This document shows positions 37,115 to 50,789 of a stretch of DNA of 64,000 bases, in pieces. The stretch comes from Fistulifera solaris (taxonomy: Eukaryota). Numbering within the stretch: the stretch's first letter is position 1; each line of letters starts with the position of its first letter. The stretch covers positions 248,001-312,000 of the forward strand of contig AP026155.1 of the NCBI GenBank assembly GCA_030295235.1, read 5' to 3'. Both the position numbers and the translations under genes were made by a program. The notes below the pieces were generated by a model. The model made no database searches. It had not been told where the DNA came from and saw only the letters and a list, made by a program, of their open reading frames with translations.

Positions 37115-40100
37115 TCAGCGAAAGTTGAAGGATACGTCGTTTTTGAACGAGTGAAGTGTGATCTTACTCGCGCTTGCAGTCTTGTTGCGAACGCGTCGGC
37201 GAGACTGATTTGGGCGCTCGTTCGAAGGAATACCAGAAGTTTGACTTGTGTGACTTTCGCTGTGTCGGCGTTTGGACGACTCCTTTGGGTTTCCGGCAGC
37301 TTTCAGCTCCTTTGATCGTGGATGGGTCTCTTCATGATTCATGGCTTTCTTGTGTCCCTTCTTCGCTGGCTGCATCATTCTTCGCTCCTTCGAAATGTCG
37401 TTCGCTTCCGGCGCCTTCGATCGTGGACGGGAATCTTCTCGATCCATCGCTTCTTTGTGTCCCTTTTTCGCTGATTCCGTGAAGCTTCGCTCATTCGAAG
37501 CCAAACTCTTGTGTTTGGACGACTCTTTTGGCTTGCCGGTCGCTTTCAACTCCTTCGATCGTGGACGGGCGTCTTCTCGATTCAGGGCTTCCTTGTGTCC
37601 CTTCGCTGACTGAGTAATGCTTTGCTCCTTTGGAGCCATACTCTCGTGTTTGGAAGAAGTACTCGTCTTGCTTTTGGGAATGTCGATGAACATCGGAAGA
37701 GGCTCCGAATTATTCTTTGGTGCAGCAGTGTTATCAGGAACTTCTGTAGACCGATGCTTTGTGGTTTGAGATGCAGCTTTCCGACGGTCGACCTCGGCAA
37801 TGGATTTTGGCTTGGACGTGGACCTTTGTAGGTCATCTCCGACAGACTCCTTATGCTTTGATTTGAACTTTTTATTTAAATGGCCAAGCTTTCCTAATTC
37901 AAGAGACACGTCCGAGATCGTTGGACTTGTTTTGGTTCCAGGAACATCTCGAGCTGGATGGCAATCTACATTCTTTCGTGGATCTTGCAAATGGCGATCG
38001 TTTGGCATCGAGGTTTTCGGTTGCTGTGACGAGGATACATCTCGACGCGATGCCTTGCTTTGCTTGTTATGTATGGCGCTGGCTGAACTACTATTCTGGG
38101 TTCTATACTTCTGCTCATTCTTGTGACGCGATCTCTTGTCTGAGTTGCCCCAGTGTACTTTCTTCTCCGATGACGTAGTAACCTTTGGCATATCGTCAGC
38201 GAACTGCACAGATTCCTCTTCAAAAATACCGCTTTTGTGTGTTGCATTATTTGGGCCACGGTTTGATTTTTGACCATCGAAACGCGCCCGAGTGAAGGCG
38301 CTTAATAGCTCTCGCGGCCGGGCTGCGCTCTCGAGGCCCTTTCCTTCTGCTTTGTTCTGCAACTCACTCTCTTGTTCCGCTGTGCGGGGCTTCTTCGAGT
38401 TTGACTGCTCTGATTCAAGACGCATCTTCCGCTTCTCTCGACGGCGGCGTTGGCGCTCCTCTTCGGCTTCCGCTGCCTTTTTGCTCCGTTGGAACTCCTC
38501 TTCCTTCCTTTTGGCCGACGCTTTCAAGGCTTTACTCATTTTCTGAGCCAACTTTATGCGGTCGTCGCAGTGCTCCACCACCGGTTGAAGATATTGCTTC
38601 GCAATCGTCTCATAGTCGCTTAATTTGGGGATGTCGGTGATTCGTATGCCCTGAAGAATAGGATGTTCTATAGCGCAAAAAGGATGTCAGAGCTGAAGGA
38701 ATAATGTCACCCGGGCTAAAGATAGAAGACGTACCGTCGATAAGCTGTGCGATCGCTGCCTTATATTCAAGAGAAGCCATATTGTTTTGGTGCCCTTCGT
38801 CGCCGAAGCTCGCAAGTCTCGCCTCAAGATCAGTCAGCTCGTTGCTCTTAGCCGCTTCTTTAGCGCGAAGTGAACGATTTTTCTTCTTCTCGACTTTTAG
38901 TTCGTTTTGCAAGGAGTCGACATCCGCTAGCAAACGGTCTATATTGCCCTGGTGCTGGACTTCTGTTGCAGTAACGTCGCCCGTCAGCTTTTGGAGGCTC
39001 TGCTTCAGTTCAGCGAGGCGCAATCCGCTATTTGCAATGTCTGCTCCAACGTCGTCCCTCTCTTTATGGAGTGCTACACTTTGCTGCTGCTTGGCAATCT
39101 TTTCTTCCTCGTAAGTCTTTTTCCAGGCTGACACTTCGCTACGCTTCGTGTCTAAATTATCAATCCGCTCCTTGTACTCGTATTGCCGAAACGCCTCGCG
39201 CTCTTTCGCTTCTGCGAGACTCCTTTTCTTTGCGCAACGGACTTCTGGGTTCTTTCCGTATCAGTTCGCACCTTTGAGAGCTCTGTTCGTATCGCGGTCA
39301 TTTCCTCTTTGACGTCAGAACTGGACTTCTCTTCATCCTTAAGAGACTGCTGTTCAGCTTGGATTGACTCTTGGATACGGGCGAAATCCGTGTAGATGCC
39401 ATTCGCTCCAGCCGATTCAAGCTGTGCAACTTCCTTCAACGTAGCGATTTCGCGTTCTAAGACTTTGATTGTCTCCACTTGCTTCTTGATTTCGGATTGC
39501 TCAGTGTGTGCTTGCTGGTCCATCTGTAACAAAGACTCCTTGTGGGATTCCGTCAGTTTCTCTTCATAATCTACCGCAGATTTGTGTTGAGACACCACTT
39601 CTTCAATCCGCTGTTGCATTGAAACCATCTGCTCTTTCATATCGGTCGACAGCTGCAGCTGCTCGTCGATTTCGCTCCGCAATTTCATCTGTTCCGCCCG
39701 CAAAGGTACACTTTGTCCGGCAATCCTCTGAGTCATCAATATCTTTTCGTCGCGCGCTTGACGGAGATTTTTGTCTTGAATTTGAATCTTTTCATACTCT
39801 GTCGACAACGTGATGAAATAAGCATTTTCTTCTCCAATCCTGTTCTTCAAAAGGGTCAGCGTCTCTCGTAGCTTGACAAGATGCAATCGATTCCCCCAAT
39901 GGTGACATAAGAGCCGGCGCTTCGCTTCGATTGCTTGGTGCAGCATTCTCTCAAAGACATCAATATCTTTATTCGCTTTCGCTGCTTTGTGTTTCGCGCT
40001 CCCTACCAAGCGCTGGGCCATGGAAAGCTTCTCGCTGAGATCTTTTTGGAAGGCGCGATCCTGGCCGTGCTGGTAATTAAGCTTTCGGAGCTTCTCCTCG

Positions 40101-40500
40101 CAGGCCGAATACTGCTCCCCCTCTGCGCTGCTTGACGAGTCTAGCGTGATCAAGCTGTCGCTGTCCTTCTTGTTGTTGTTCATGTAGAATCTGTAGATCG
40201 TTCATCACTGTGTAAAGAGAAAAACTTTCATTTCAGACAAGCGACGTTTCGGATGAAAATGTGCGTTCTCAACGACGTACCTTCTTTCATCGTCAAACTA
40301 TGCATTTGCTCCTTCTGAATGTGCACAGCAGTAGGTTGTGGACGCTGAATTTGGACCATGGATTGCCGTTCACCACCTGATGCACCCAAGTCTCTACGTC
40401 CAAAGTTTGATGCCGACTGCCGCAGCGCTGGAAACGATCCACCCGGTCGATTTCCGACTGGTTTCTTTCTATTCATATCATTCCGTAAGAGGAAGGACAT
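37115..40500 (-). CDS. Large multi-exon coiled-coil protein with basic low-complexity C-terminus
   Basis: Four consecutive minus-strand ORFs with GT-AG sites (e.g. 40192..40280) and a frameshift near 39180; heptad-rich; exon boundaries approximate. Confidence 0.6.
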
Positions 40501-40718
40501 TTTTATAAACTATTCTGACGTGAAAAGGTGACTGAAAGGAAAACTGATGTTTTTCTTGTTAATGGATGCGACCCATGAAAGGTTTACGGGTACGGCTTTT
40601 GTGTGTAAGATGATTTTTCGCATTGACGAAAAGGCACAAAAGAAAAAGCAATGACAAGATGTCGCGTGACGTCATTGACGGATCCAACATAATAATTTGA
40701 GTGAGTACCGGTACCGTA

Positions 40719-41744
40719 ATGTCTCACTACGACAATTGCCTCACGACTAAAAAACGCAGAGCGCTCGGTTTATCCGCCGACGTTTCGTTTCGAAAAAACT
40801 GGTCGCAAACCATTCTGCATAAAAATGAAGAGCAACGTTTCTTTTATGAAAACGACGAAGCAGTTTACAAAATCATGGGTCGCCCATACACGAAAGGAGG
40901 ACACAATGTTCTCACAATTCTCTGGAACCCCGATTAACACGGACGCATCGCAGCAAACAACATCATCGTCAAGAAAGGAAACATGGACCACTATATCATC
41001 GTCAAGCAAATGCTGTTGGTCCAGCTGAAAGACACCTGTCTCCTTGAACTCATTGAGCAAACTGGATTGAATCAAAGCCCGACCCAGATACTTGCAAGCA
41101 TGAAAGCGAGCAACCGCCGTAACATTGACTCGAGCAGCCGAGGTCTCTCCGAGAGTTTGTGCGATATGGAGCTGTTTTTGGATGACTCCAGTAGCGTGTC
41201 CTCTGACATTTCGTTAGCAAGACCCGGAGAGTCGGAAGATGTCTCTTACTTACGCGGCTACAATCACAATCTTCGTGACGACATGGAAGTGAAACGCACG
41301 CATTCCTTGACGATTCACATCTTCAGTAAAAATCGCCGCGCGGGTGATACGCTCTGGTTCCGTATCTGGCACAACGAAAGCGACGGCTTCCGTGATTTTG
41401 AAGAAACCGAGATCTTCGACTTTACTCAACGTGTGATTGAGCGCGATCCGTCCCATTGCTTCTACGTTAAGTCGACTGGATGTGGCGGCTACGAATACAT
41501 TGAAATTTACGAGTCGGACCTCATCGATCGTGCTCTGAGTGACATTCTTGAGCGAGCGAAAGACCGAGATACTATCTTTCTTCCAAGCATCAGGAAGTTG
41601 ACACGTGAACGGATGCGTGAGGAAAAACGGGAGAAAAGACGAGAACGCATGCAAATCAAAAAGGCAAAGGGAGGCTTCTGGGCATTTCGCTTCTTGAGAG
41701 GAAAGCAAATATCAGCTGAAAAGAGAAAGCACATTAATATATAA
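40719..41744 (+). CDS. Hypothetical protein with in-frame TAA at 40935-40937 (or start at 40983)
   Basis: ORFs 40701..40937 and 40983..41744 share a frame, separated by one stop. Confidence 0.5.
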
Positions 41745-42294
41745 ATAAAGCACCTGTCTTGTTGCGGAGATGGTCTGTTGATTAAAAAATGTTCAATTAC
41801 TTTGGCATATTAGTTTTTAATAACGTAGATACGTTTCTCGAAGATGCTCATTTTAATACGGATGAAATTTTACCCAAAACCACCGTTCCGAGCAAAATAG
41901 TTAGAACAAAGTCTTGAAGCGATCAGAATAACCCCAGCTCCCTATTGAACTTCGAGAGCTCCCTAATAGCTCTTGATAATCCGACGAAACGATTTATTCG
42001 TTTTCAATAAGCAAAATGCTTTCATAAGTGTTGGTCAGAAAAGTTACGAGCTGCAAATGCGAGCATTTAAGAACCCTTCATTCGAACTATAGGCTGCAGT
42101 TAGCTTAATATCGCACTGGATGTTGAAGTGGACCCTAGAAACTCGGTCACGGCACATCTAATTCTAAGTCACGGATGGCGGATAACGCGTGCGTTCATGG
42201 CAAAAAGTGGAAAGGCAACAGAGCAGGGCAACAAAACCCTTTTCATTGAATGTAGCCGAGAGAGACAATCTTTTTCAGTGTTTAACGCTTAACG

Positions 42295-43050
42295 ATGAAA
42301 CTGTCGTCGTGTTTATTTCTGTCTCTTTCATTTCTAAATAGCAACGCCTTTGTCATGCGAGTCCGCAAGCCCTTCGCCTCTCTTTCTACGGATTCTGATC
42401 GATTGCATGCACAAATTAAAGAAAAGGAAATACAAACGGAGCCGTTGCTGACTCAACGCCCGGATCCATCGATATTGCTTTCCGCCAAAGACGACAATAC
42501 GCAACGATTGGGTTTCTACGTCATTTTTGCGTCGGTCTTATTAGGCACCGCGGGCTTTGTGCAAGTTCTCAATGGTCTCGAATGCTTGCTGCCCACCGGC
42601 TGGTTTGCGACTTGGCGTGATTACACTTGGCCGATTCCCTTGGGCTTAATTTATTCCGCTGCAGGTGTTGCCCATTTCACCATGAAAGATAGTTTCGCCG
42701 CCATTGTGCCCCCGCTGGGAACCTGGGGTGGTCTATGGATCGTTCCGGCGCCCTTCTCCGAGAAGCTGCGTCTCTCGTATGCCGACTATCATACGTATTG
42801 GTCGGGCTTAGCCGAAGTTGGTTGTGGCGCGATGCTCATTGGTGGAGGATTGGGGGTACTCCCGGTGCAGATTCCGGCGTTTTTGCTGTTGTGCCTGACT
42901 ACAGCGGTAACACCAGCAAATATCTATATGGCCACTCACGATGTGCAAATGCCGGGTGCTCCGGTGGTACCTTATCCATCCGGTCACCTAATTCGCGGAG
43001 CCGCGCAATGCATCCTTTTGGGGATATTATGGAAACTGGCTTTTCAATAA
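42295..43050 (+). CDS. DoxX-like membrane protein, plastid-targeted
   Basis: Presequence SNA-F; AGVAHF, IVPP, SGLAEVGCG, TPANIYM. Confidence 0.7.
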   Translation: MKLSSCLFLSLSFLNSNAFVMRVRKPFASLSTDSDRLHAQIKEKEIQTEPLLTQRPDPSILLSAKDDNTQRLGFYVIFASVLLGTAGFVQVLNGLECLLPTGWFATWRDYTWPIPLGLIYSAAGVAHFTMKDSFAAIVPPLGTWGGLWIVPAPFSEKLRLSYADYHTYWSGLAEVGCGAMLIGGGLGVLPVQIPAFLLLCLTTAVTPANIYMATHDVQMPGAPVVPYPSGHLIRGAAQCILLGILWKLAFQ

Positions 43051-43204
43051 TAGTTGCGTAAAGTCAGACACATGATCACGATTGTTATTATTTATGAGTG
43101 ATGTAGGCCCAGCAACCTTTGTCAGAGCCGCGAATGAGAACCTGAAACGTATAACACCTAATTTACATAGCATCCTATTTTGAGATATTCCCTTCGGTTG
43201 TTTC

Positions 43205-45237
43205 TTATGAAGCTTTACTCTTCGGGCAAGGAGTACAGCAATCGCATGACACCTTTTTCTTAGCATTGCAGTGATCCGCCCGGATTGACAACTTTTCGTT
43301 CCGTGTGGCGAGACCAGCCGTGCGTTTTACGCCAGTATCTCTCTTCATGGCAGTAAAGCCCACAAGCTCGCAGATGGATACCGGAACCTGACCGGAGATT
43401 TCGTTGCCATCGATCAAAAGCTCAGTCAGGGCATCTCGCGACTGCCCGGGCTTAATATCAGGAAGTGTGCCATTCAATCGGTTGTTGCTCAAGTACAAGT
43501 CACGGAGCTCAGAACTTGTCAAATAGTTTCCAGGAATGGATCCTGTCAGAAAGTTATCGTTGAAATACAGAGCTGAAATGGTGGGGATATCAAAGATTGT
43601 ACGAGGAAGCTCTCCAGTGAAATAAGCGTTCGAGAAGTCTGCGTATTCTAACTTCTGAAAAGTACCAAACACATCCGGAATGGAACCTGATAATGATGTT
43701 CCGTTCATCGACAAAATAACTGAGCGCCAGGAAAGACGAGATTGAGTTACGAAAGACGCCATGCACGAAGTAATAAATAGTAAGCGGGTTTGCAACGTAC
43801 CAAGATTGGATAGACGCTTGAGCTCAGTAGGAAAAGTCCCTTGAAATCCGTTGTCACCCAAGCGAAGAGACTGAAGGCGCACAAGATTCCCGAGAGCGCT
43901 GCTGATGGTTCCCGAGAAAGTGTTATTTTCAATACGCAAATCGACCAGATTCGTATTGCCGTAAAACTCCTCGGGAATAGTCCCAGCCATCAAGTTATTA
44001 AAAGCTAAGAAGTTGGTAAGATTTAACTTTCCAATTTCCGGTGGAATACTACCTGCGACCATGTTATCGTAAAAGACAAGAGATTCTGGGGTTGCATGGT
44101 GTGACAAGACAAGCGTGAGCAAACGAGAGGGCGACGAAACAAAAGCAAGTCATTTTGGACGTACGAAGCTTGGTCGAGTACATCAGAGACTTTGGAAGGG
44201 TTCCTGTGATTTTGTTGCCAGCCACCCAAAGCTTACGAAGTTCTGGAAGTGCGTAGAAGTCACTAATCATAGGGCCACTTAGATCGTTGCTGGAAACTTG
44301 ATAGGATTCAAGCCGCGACCATTGTGATAACTTGTCGGGAAATGCTGGGCCCGTAAAATTGTTGTCCTCCAAGTCTAGCAAGCGCAGTTCAGTCCATTCG
44401 ACTATTCCATTCGGTACCGTTCCCGACAAAGCGTTCTGATAGACACCAAACGATTCCATCGTATCGAGCAAACTAATCTCCTGGGGAAGTGTTCCTTTAA
44501 GATTATTCTTGTCTTCGAGGGCATTTCTTGTTGTAAGATCATTTTTGACAAAGAGAATGCAAAGTAATTCTCCCTTTGAAGCACTCACCTAACGTAAGCT
44601 CAAACACTTTGTCTTCGAGATCACACGTGACTCCATACCACGAACAATAGTTTTCATCCCTCAGCCAACCATCATTCTTGGTCCAATTGCTTCCGCCCGT
44701 GGCATAGTAAAAGACCAGTAACGAGTACAGCTGAAGGGTCTGCGACGGAGCCCGACAAGGATCCAAGGTACGCTTGAATGTGGTCAACCACTGGAAGGCC
44801 TTACCTCGCGATGTGGTAGGATCCTTCAAATTCGTCGTTGCGGCGTTCTTCGACACTAGTTCCAACACAGCTTGGTTTTGAGGAAGCGACTCGCATTCGC
44901 TCGACTCTCCAAAATCCATGGACATGGACATGTCGTCTTCGCTTACTGACTCCTCCAACATTTTAGACAAATCATCGTGTACCGTCTCCAGCATGTACGA
45001 CAGATCGTCGCTACTACTTTTGCCACCTTTCTTTTTCATTTTTCGTGTCGTCGACGGGTGCGTCTCATTTGGAAACGAGTCCCGGTCTTCCCAAAAGTCG
45101 AGTGATGGCTTTGCATCACCATCTACTTTGGGAACATTTACGGAGATTGAATCTCTTCGTTTTCGTTGAAGTTCTTTGTCGTGACAGATTACGATCGGAG
45201 GTAGAGTCAGCCAGAGAAAGAAATTCCACCGTCTCAT
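43205..45237 (-). CDS. Secreted leucine-rich repeat protein (plant-specific-type LRR)
   Basis: Signal peptide; YYATGG.NW...CSWYGVTC cap; LxLxxNxLxGxIP repeats; ADHC..CDCCTPC end; three introns. Confidence 0.85.
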
Positions 45238-45902
45238 TTTGCAAATTGAGATTGTGCTGTCGCGTAATTACCAAGTACTAATGATTTTGCTTTCTGGTTT
45301 ATGGATGATAAAATGAATGTCATGAGGATGCACTCCGTCCGGTTTGTTATCGAAGGCAAAGTGTTGGCAGTTGGCAAGAAAGGAAGGAGATTTTGCAACG
45401 GGGTGCACCGCAAAATCATGGCAAGTATAGACTTCGCAGGAATGTACTGGTAGGTGCTGTTGGGCCTTTTGCAGTATGGTCGTCTACTTTTATCTCTACA
45501 ACCCCTTCGGAAAATGTCCTACTGAAAAAAGCCCTACCATGGGATACGGAAAACAAACGGGTCGCCGAATTTTCCAGTCTACACTAAACACTAAACCCCA
45601 AGAGTCCTGACATTACTCTTAGCTATCAAGTACGAGCAATGACTTGATGACCACATCAATGACCCTCGTTACAGGAAAAATGAAGATGGGCTTCGGGCTT
45701 CGCGGGGCTTTGCCGTTTGAAGTCACATTATCGATCTCCCCATCTTACTCGTTGCTCATCTTTGGCGTTGAGTCTTTGCACCGCAAATCGTCAACGAAAG
45801 TATCATGTCATTACTAAAAATGACACCGACGAAAGCACATCGCACAACCACATGTTTATCGAAATCTCATTATGAACAGAAAGTCTAAAATTCTAATCTT
45901 CA

Positions 45903-48129
45903 TCAGGGTACTTCCGAGGAGCAGGAGTCGCAGCAGTCACAAACAACTTCGGGGGCTCGGAGCAGTGATCCGCCGTGAGCAGCGTCAATGCACTGGACAC
46001 TCGCAAATCGCAAACAGAGGAAGGCATGACACCCGAGAGGTTGTTGTTATCCAGCAGCAACTCGGTCAAGTTGCTGAATTGACCCTGAACGATGGCTGGA
46101 ATCGAACCGGTCAGTGCATTGTCGTTCAAGAAAAGGTCGTAAAGCTCTGGTGCAGATGCATAGTTCGGAGGAATGCTGCCCGTCAAATCATTGCCATTGA
46201 AATACAACGCTTTGATGGTCGGGACGTCGAAGATACTGGCGGGCAATGTTCCGGTAAACAGTGCTTGCGAAAAGTCAGCGAATTCGAGAGCCGCAAAGGG
46301 TTCAAAGGCATCACGAATGGTTCCCGAGAGCGACGTTCCACCGACGGAAAGAATTGCTTTGTAAAAAGATTAAAAAGAGGAATCAACAGTCAGCTTGGCT
46401 GAAACGGGCTGGCCCACGAGTACGACAGTGTCTACTTACCCAAGTTCGAAAGACGAGTAATTTCCGGAGGCAGCGTCCCAGTGAAACTATTTCCGGCTAG
46501 GCGGAGCGACTGAAGATAAGTAAGATCCCCAATGTCCGAGGCGATTGTGCCCAGCAAGTCATTTTCTTCTAGTCGCAGGTCGACCAAGTAAGTGTTGTTC
46601 CATAACTGAGAAGGGATGGGTCCAGTTAGTAGATTCCCATACGCTAGAAGTTCCGTCAAATTCAGCAAGCCTATTTCGCTTGGAATTTGTCCGGTAATGG
46701 CGTTGTTGTAGAAAATGAACGAATCTGAAAACGATGAAAAATGAGCGACTTTCTTGTCAAATATCACCATTTGACAAAGGGAATTTTATACTACGTACCA
46801 AGCCCCGCCGCTGACGAAATCGTTGTCGGGATGGAACCAACGATGGTATTGGCGGCTATCCATAATTCCCGAAGTTGCTGCAGTTGTGAGAACGGGGCAG
46901 TCGCCAAGTTACCCGTCAGTAGGTTGTTTGAGACGCGATAGACTTCCAAAGCCGTGAGTAGTGCCAGCGTTGTCGGGAATGCGGGCCCGGTAAGTTGATT
47001 GTTTTCCACATCAATGATTTTCAAGTTTGGCCAGTTCAAAAAAGCAGGAAGTGTGCCTGTCAAGTTGTTGCTGAACGCATTCACAACTTCGAGTGACTCA
47101 ATCGCCCCCAATTCGTTCGGTGCAACGCCTTGAAGATTGTTCGAATCTGTTGAAGCGTGAATGTACTGTGAGTCCGTATTCAGGAGCCGAAACTTTCCGG
47201 CCAAAATATGCTTACCTAGAGCGATCTCGATCACGTCTCCATCCGCGTTACAGGTGATCCCATACCATTCACAGTAATTGGGCGTCACTAGCCAGCTAGT
47301 GTTGTTCGTCCACGTAGCCCCCTCTGTGGAAAAGTACAGCACAAGTAAGCCGTATAAACTTAAACTTCTGGCGGGGTCACACAAATCTGCCGATGTATTC
47401 GTAGTCGTGCTCATCCAAAGGTATGCAGCGCCTTGGGGAGTCGACTCGTCTTCAAGTTGACTGGAATTAGACACGGTCGAAAGGACATTCAAAAGTGCCG
47501 AATCCTGCAAAATAAAGTCGCAGTTGTCATTCGATACCACCACGGGTGTCGCACTTGCACTCTCGGATGTAGGTGCCATTGTCGGCGTCGAGGTTCGATT
47601 GCTGGGCACCACCGTCGTCGGGGGGTACAGGCGCTAAAGTAGTGGGATTGCTGGAAACGGGCGATGCCGTTGTCTCTGCCCCAGGTTCAGGTGCAGACGT
47701 GAAAGTGCTTGCGACTGGTGCGACAGTAGTGGAAGTCACGGGTACAGAAGTGGGTACAGCGACAGAGGAAGGTGCACTGGGAATCGATTCTACAACCGGT
47801 GGGAGGGTCGGCACGGAGACGGGTGCTACAGGTGTAGCGCTAGCTATTGTAGACACAGGTGCCATCGGAGAGGGACTAGGTCGCGCAGGCGTCCCGGTTG
47901 TCATGGACATGGACATGCTGGTCATATCTTCGAGAAACCGATCAAAAGCCAAGCGGTGCTCGCTGGTGAAATCTTGAGTTTGCTCCTTGTCCCAGAAACT
48001 GGAATGAGTGATCTTGTTCTCAGCTTGTACAATCGGAATGACAGCATTGCGCTTTCGTCGAATCAAGTTAGTCTCGGAGATGACCGCCGCGAACAAGGTG
48101 GAGAACAGAACAGCAACAAACCGGCTCAT
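45903..48129 (-). CDS. Secreted LRR protein with Pro/Thr/Ser-rich stalk
   Basis: Signal peptide, PQGAAYLW, CEWYGITC cap, LRRs, CDCCDSC end after correcting the G-run at about 45953; three introns; indel at about 47622. Confidence 0.85.
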
Positions 48130-48798
48130 ATTTAGCAACAATACACGTCGTCGTGAAAAACGAAGTCTCGGAATTACAAATAAGCTGTTCCTGTCTTTCT
48201 TACGACTGTCTTGGGAGTAAAACGAATGCTATCGCCTGCGGAATGAGATGCTTGTAACGGACAGGATACGAGACTAAGCTTTGGCTTTTCTCTTTTGTTC
48301 TACGTTTTGCCTTCAGTGATCAAAAATTTGGGTGAAGTGTGCAACTCCTCCTTTTCTGTTTGGCATATTTCCTCCTGATAGTATCTTGTAAAATGAACTA
48401 TCGTTCACGCCCGTCGGGCCATCGTGGCCGTAGTAACCTAGCTCAACAATCCCTAATACTCAATTACTTAAGGGTCAAACAATTTCTACAGATAAGAACA
48501 CGTCATGGCGGGAGATGATGATTGGGGCTCATTTGTATCACGTGTGATGGACAGACGAAAAATGGGGCTATCCGGGACTCGTATTGATTCACGCGATGCC
48601 GACATACTCCCACCGACATATTACGCGGGTACTTGTACCAGGTAAGGCGAAAGCGTCCATGGTCTCTTCACTTTTCACCCGTTCTTTCTTCAATCTCCCT
48701 TTGTTTAATGATAAAAGCGCCACAAATATACAGCTTTTATATCAATTACAAAGAAGAAAGGTTCAAGCGAACTTGAATGGATTTACGCCAGCAGAGAA

Positions 48799-49779
48799 AT
48801 GAGATTCAAGGCCAAGCTCGCGCCCGAACAAGTATCATTGCTGTACTCGGTAATCGTGCCATTGGCGCGTCTCTCTTCGTCCTCAAGTGCTTCCGAGACA
48901 AGTTGCTAATCGTGGGCTCGGAACGGGAGCATCTTGTACCTTGATTCGGATCGGTTTCTTATTTCCTGCAAAGGACGGTCACAAGAAACGGACGGGATTT
49001 CATGTTTCGCTGAATTTCGTGCTGCTGAAGGTATTTTCTTAGAGCATCGCATCGAAAGTGTGGCGGAGAACAATGGGATCCTCATAGAAATTGACCTAGG
49101 TCAGTTGAAATTAGCCCTTCAGTCGGTGTGTGCGAATAACATGAACCCGTCCGAAAGAGGTACGATTGAAGCCGCTTACAATCTCGACGAACGATCCGCC
49201 GTATTCAAATTAGCGAAACGAAATAATATGGCGTGTTTGTGCATCGAAGCACTTTCAGCTTCCAAAATTCAAGTGCATCATGCTGTTCCAGTGCGTATTC
49301 TACGTGTCACAGACAAGCAACAGTATATGCCTCCCATGATTGACGATCCGACCGTCAAGCTGCAGATTGTGACGCCGCATCAAGTGCAAACACGACCTTT
49401 ACGTACTATATTAGAAAATATGCGCTCTATGGAGACAGCACGAAGCACACATCCCACGGTTCTTGTATACGGCAATCAGCAAAGTGGGGAATTAACGATT
49501 AGTTTAGAAAGCGAGGGGGCGTCTATTCGCGCCTATTTTGCGGATGTAGCCCCAGCTGGCACTGCAGATCCCGAAAAGTATGAATGTAAAGTCAAAGTAG
49601 ATGCGCGGAAACTTTCCGCTGCTTTGCAATGGCAGCAGCAGCCTCAATACATTTCGTCGGCGCTGTTGGGGTTGTTGGAGAATCAGCAACTGGTTCTACA
49701 CGTCAGCTTGGAACCCTCAGGAGTTGGTTTTTTTACCTATTACGTTCCTGTTCACTATCTATCGAAAGAAGCGGACTAA
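48799..49779 (+). CDS. HUS1: Checkpoint clamp 9-1-1 subunit HUS1, interrupted by in-frame TAA at 48907-48909
   Basis: MRFKAKL N-terminus; FLEHRIES..NNGILIEI, FKLAKR, HAVPVRIL, VKVDARKL, TYYVP. Confidence 0.8.
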
Positions 49780-50789
49780 TTTTGTACTCGCTCCTCGCAT
49801 TGTGTAATTTAACTTTCATAGGTTCTTCATACTTAGAAAACATGTCAATGATTCCTGCAAACTTGTCATCATATTGCAATAATAACTTGCTATGAGGCGT
49901 TTCTGAAGCTCGTTGGCCATAAAGGGTGGCTATAGGGTGAAGTTGTTAACTTTGGAATCAAAGTTGGAGAGTTGCGGTCGAGCATTGATGGACTGCAATG
50001 ATCACTATCCAATCGAATGTATCTTCTACGCAGCCACGACTAAACCAGCCATCAATTAAAAAACAATTATAACGGCGAAAAAGGTTCACAAACCCGTGTG
50101 CGAACTGCATTTTCAGACGCAGCAGCGTTGACTGTGTCGTTACCCAAATATTAACTTCATTTGAAACGCATCATCTGATTGTTTGCATCGACAAGCGTCG
50201 GCACCTTTCCTACCAACTTTACTATACCTCCGAAGTGTTGGGTCTCGTCACCACGACTGGATTCAGCCACGATTCATGATCAAAATACGGTAAACGATAA
50301 AAGGGGCAGAGCAAATGGGCCCTTCAAATAAATAAAAAGTGTTGATTCCTTATCGAAGGGTATTGTCCATGTCGATTCTTACTGTTGATTTAATTTGAAA
50401 TGTCGAAAGGCGAAAACGAATCATGGCTTCTTGAAGCAAGACCTTTGGTGTCTGGCCATCACACGCTAATTTAAACAAGTTAGTCTCTACGGTACCTGGT
50501 ACAATCGTCATCTTCCAGTTGAGACACGTTATTTATGTCCATCAAACGCCAGCCGAGCCCAAAAACTCTTACCCCCACTTATTGATGCAACGAAAATCCA
50601 TGCGTTGAGAATGAAGTGTCGACACTTTGAGAGTCGAGGCATTAACAAGTCTTGTAGAAAAGCTTCTTTTGAAAATAAAATTGCCGATTTTGTTGAATAG
50701 ATGGACAGAGTCCCTTGATTCGTATCCTCCGCTAATTTTTTGACCATTTGTAGCACTATCATCTGCATGTTTGTGCAACCACCACGACG

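Noticed and set aside
40935..48909. Alternative genetic code with TAA as sense
   Set aside because: TAA terminates many well-defined genes here (LepA, ACC, ALG2), and long ORFs lack internal TAA.
480..49779. Functional genome-maintenance cluster (NSE3, TRF-like, HUS1)
   Set aside because: The genes are far apart and interspersed with unrelated genes.
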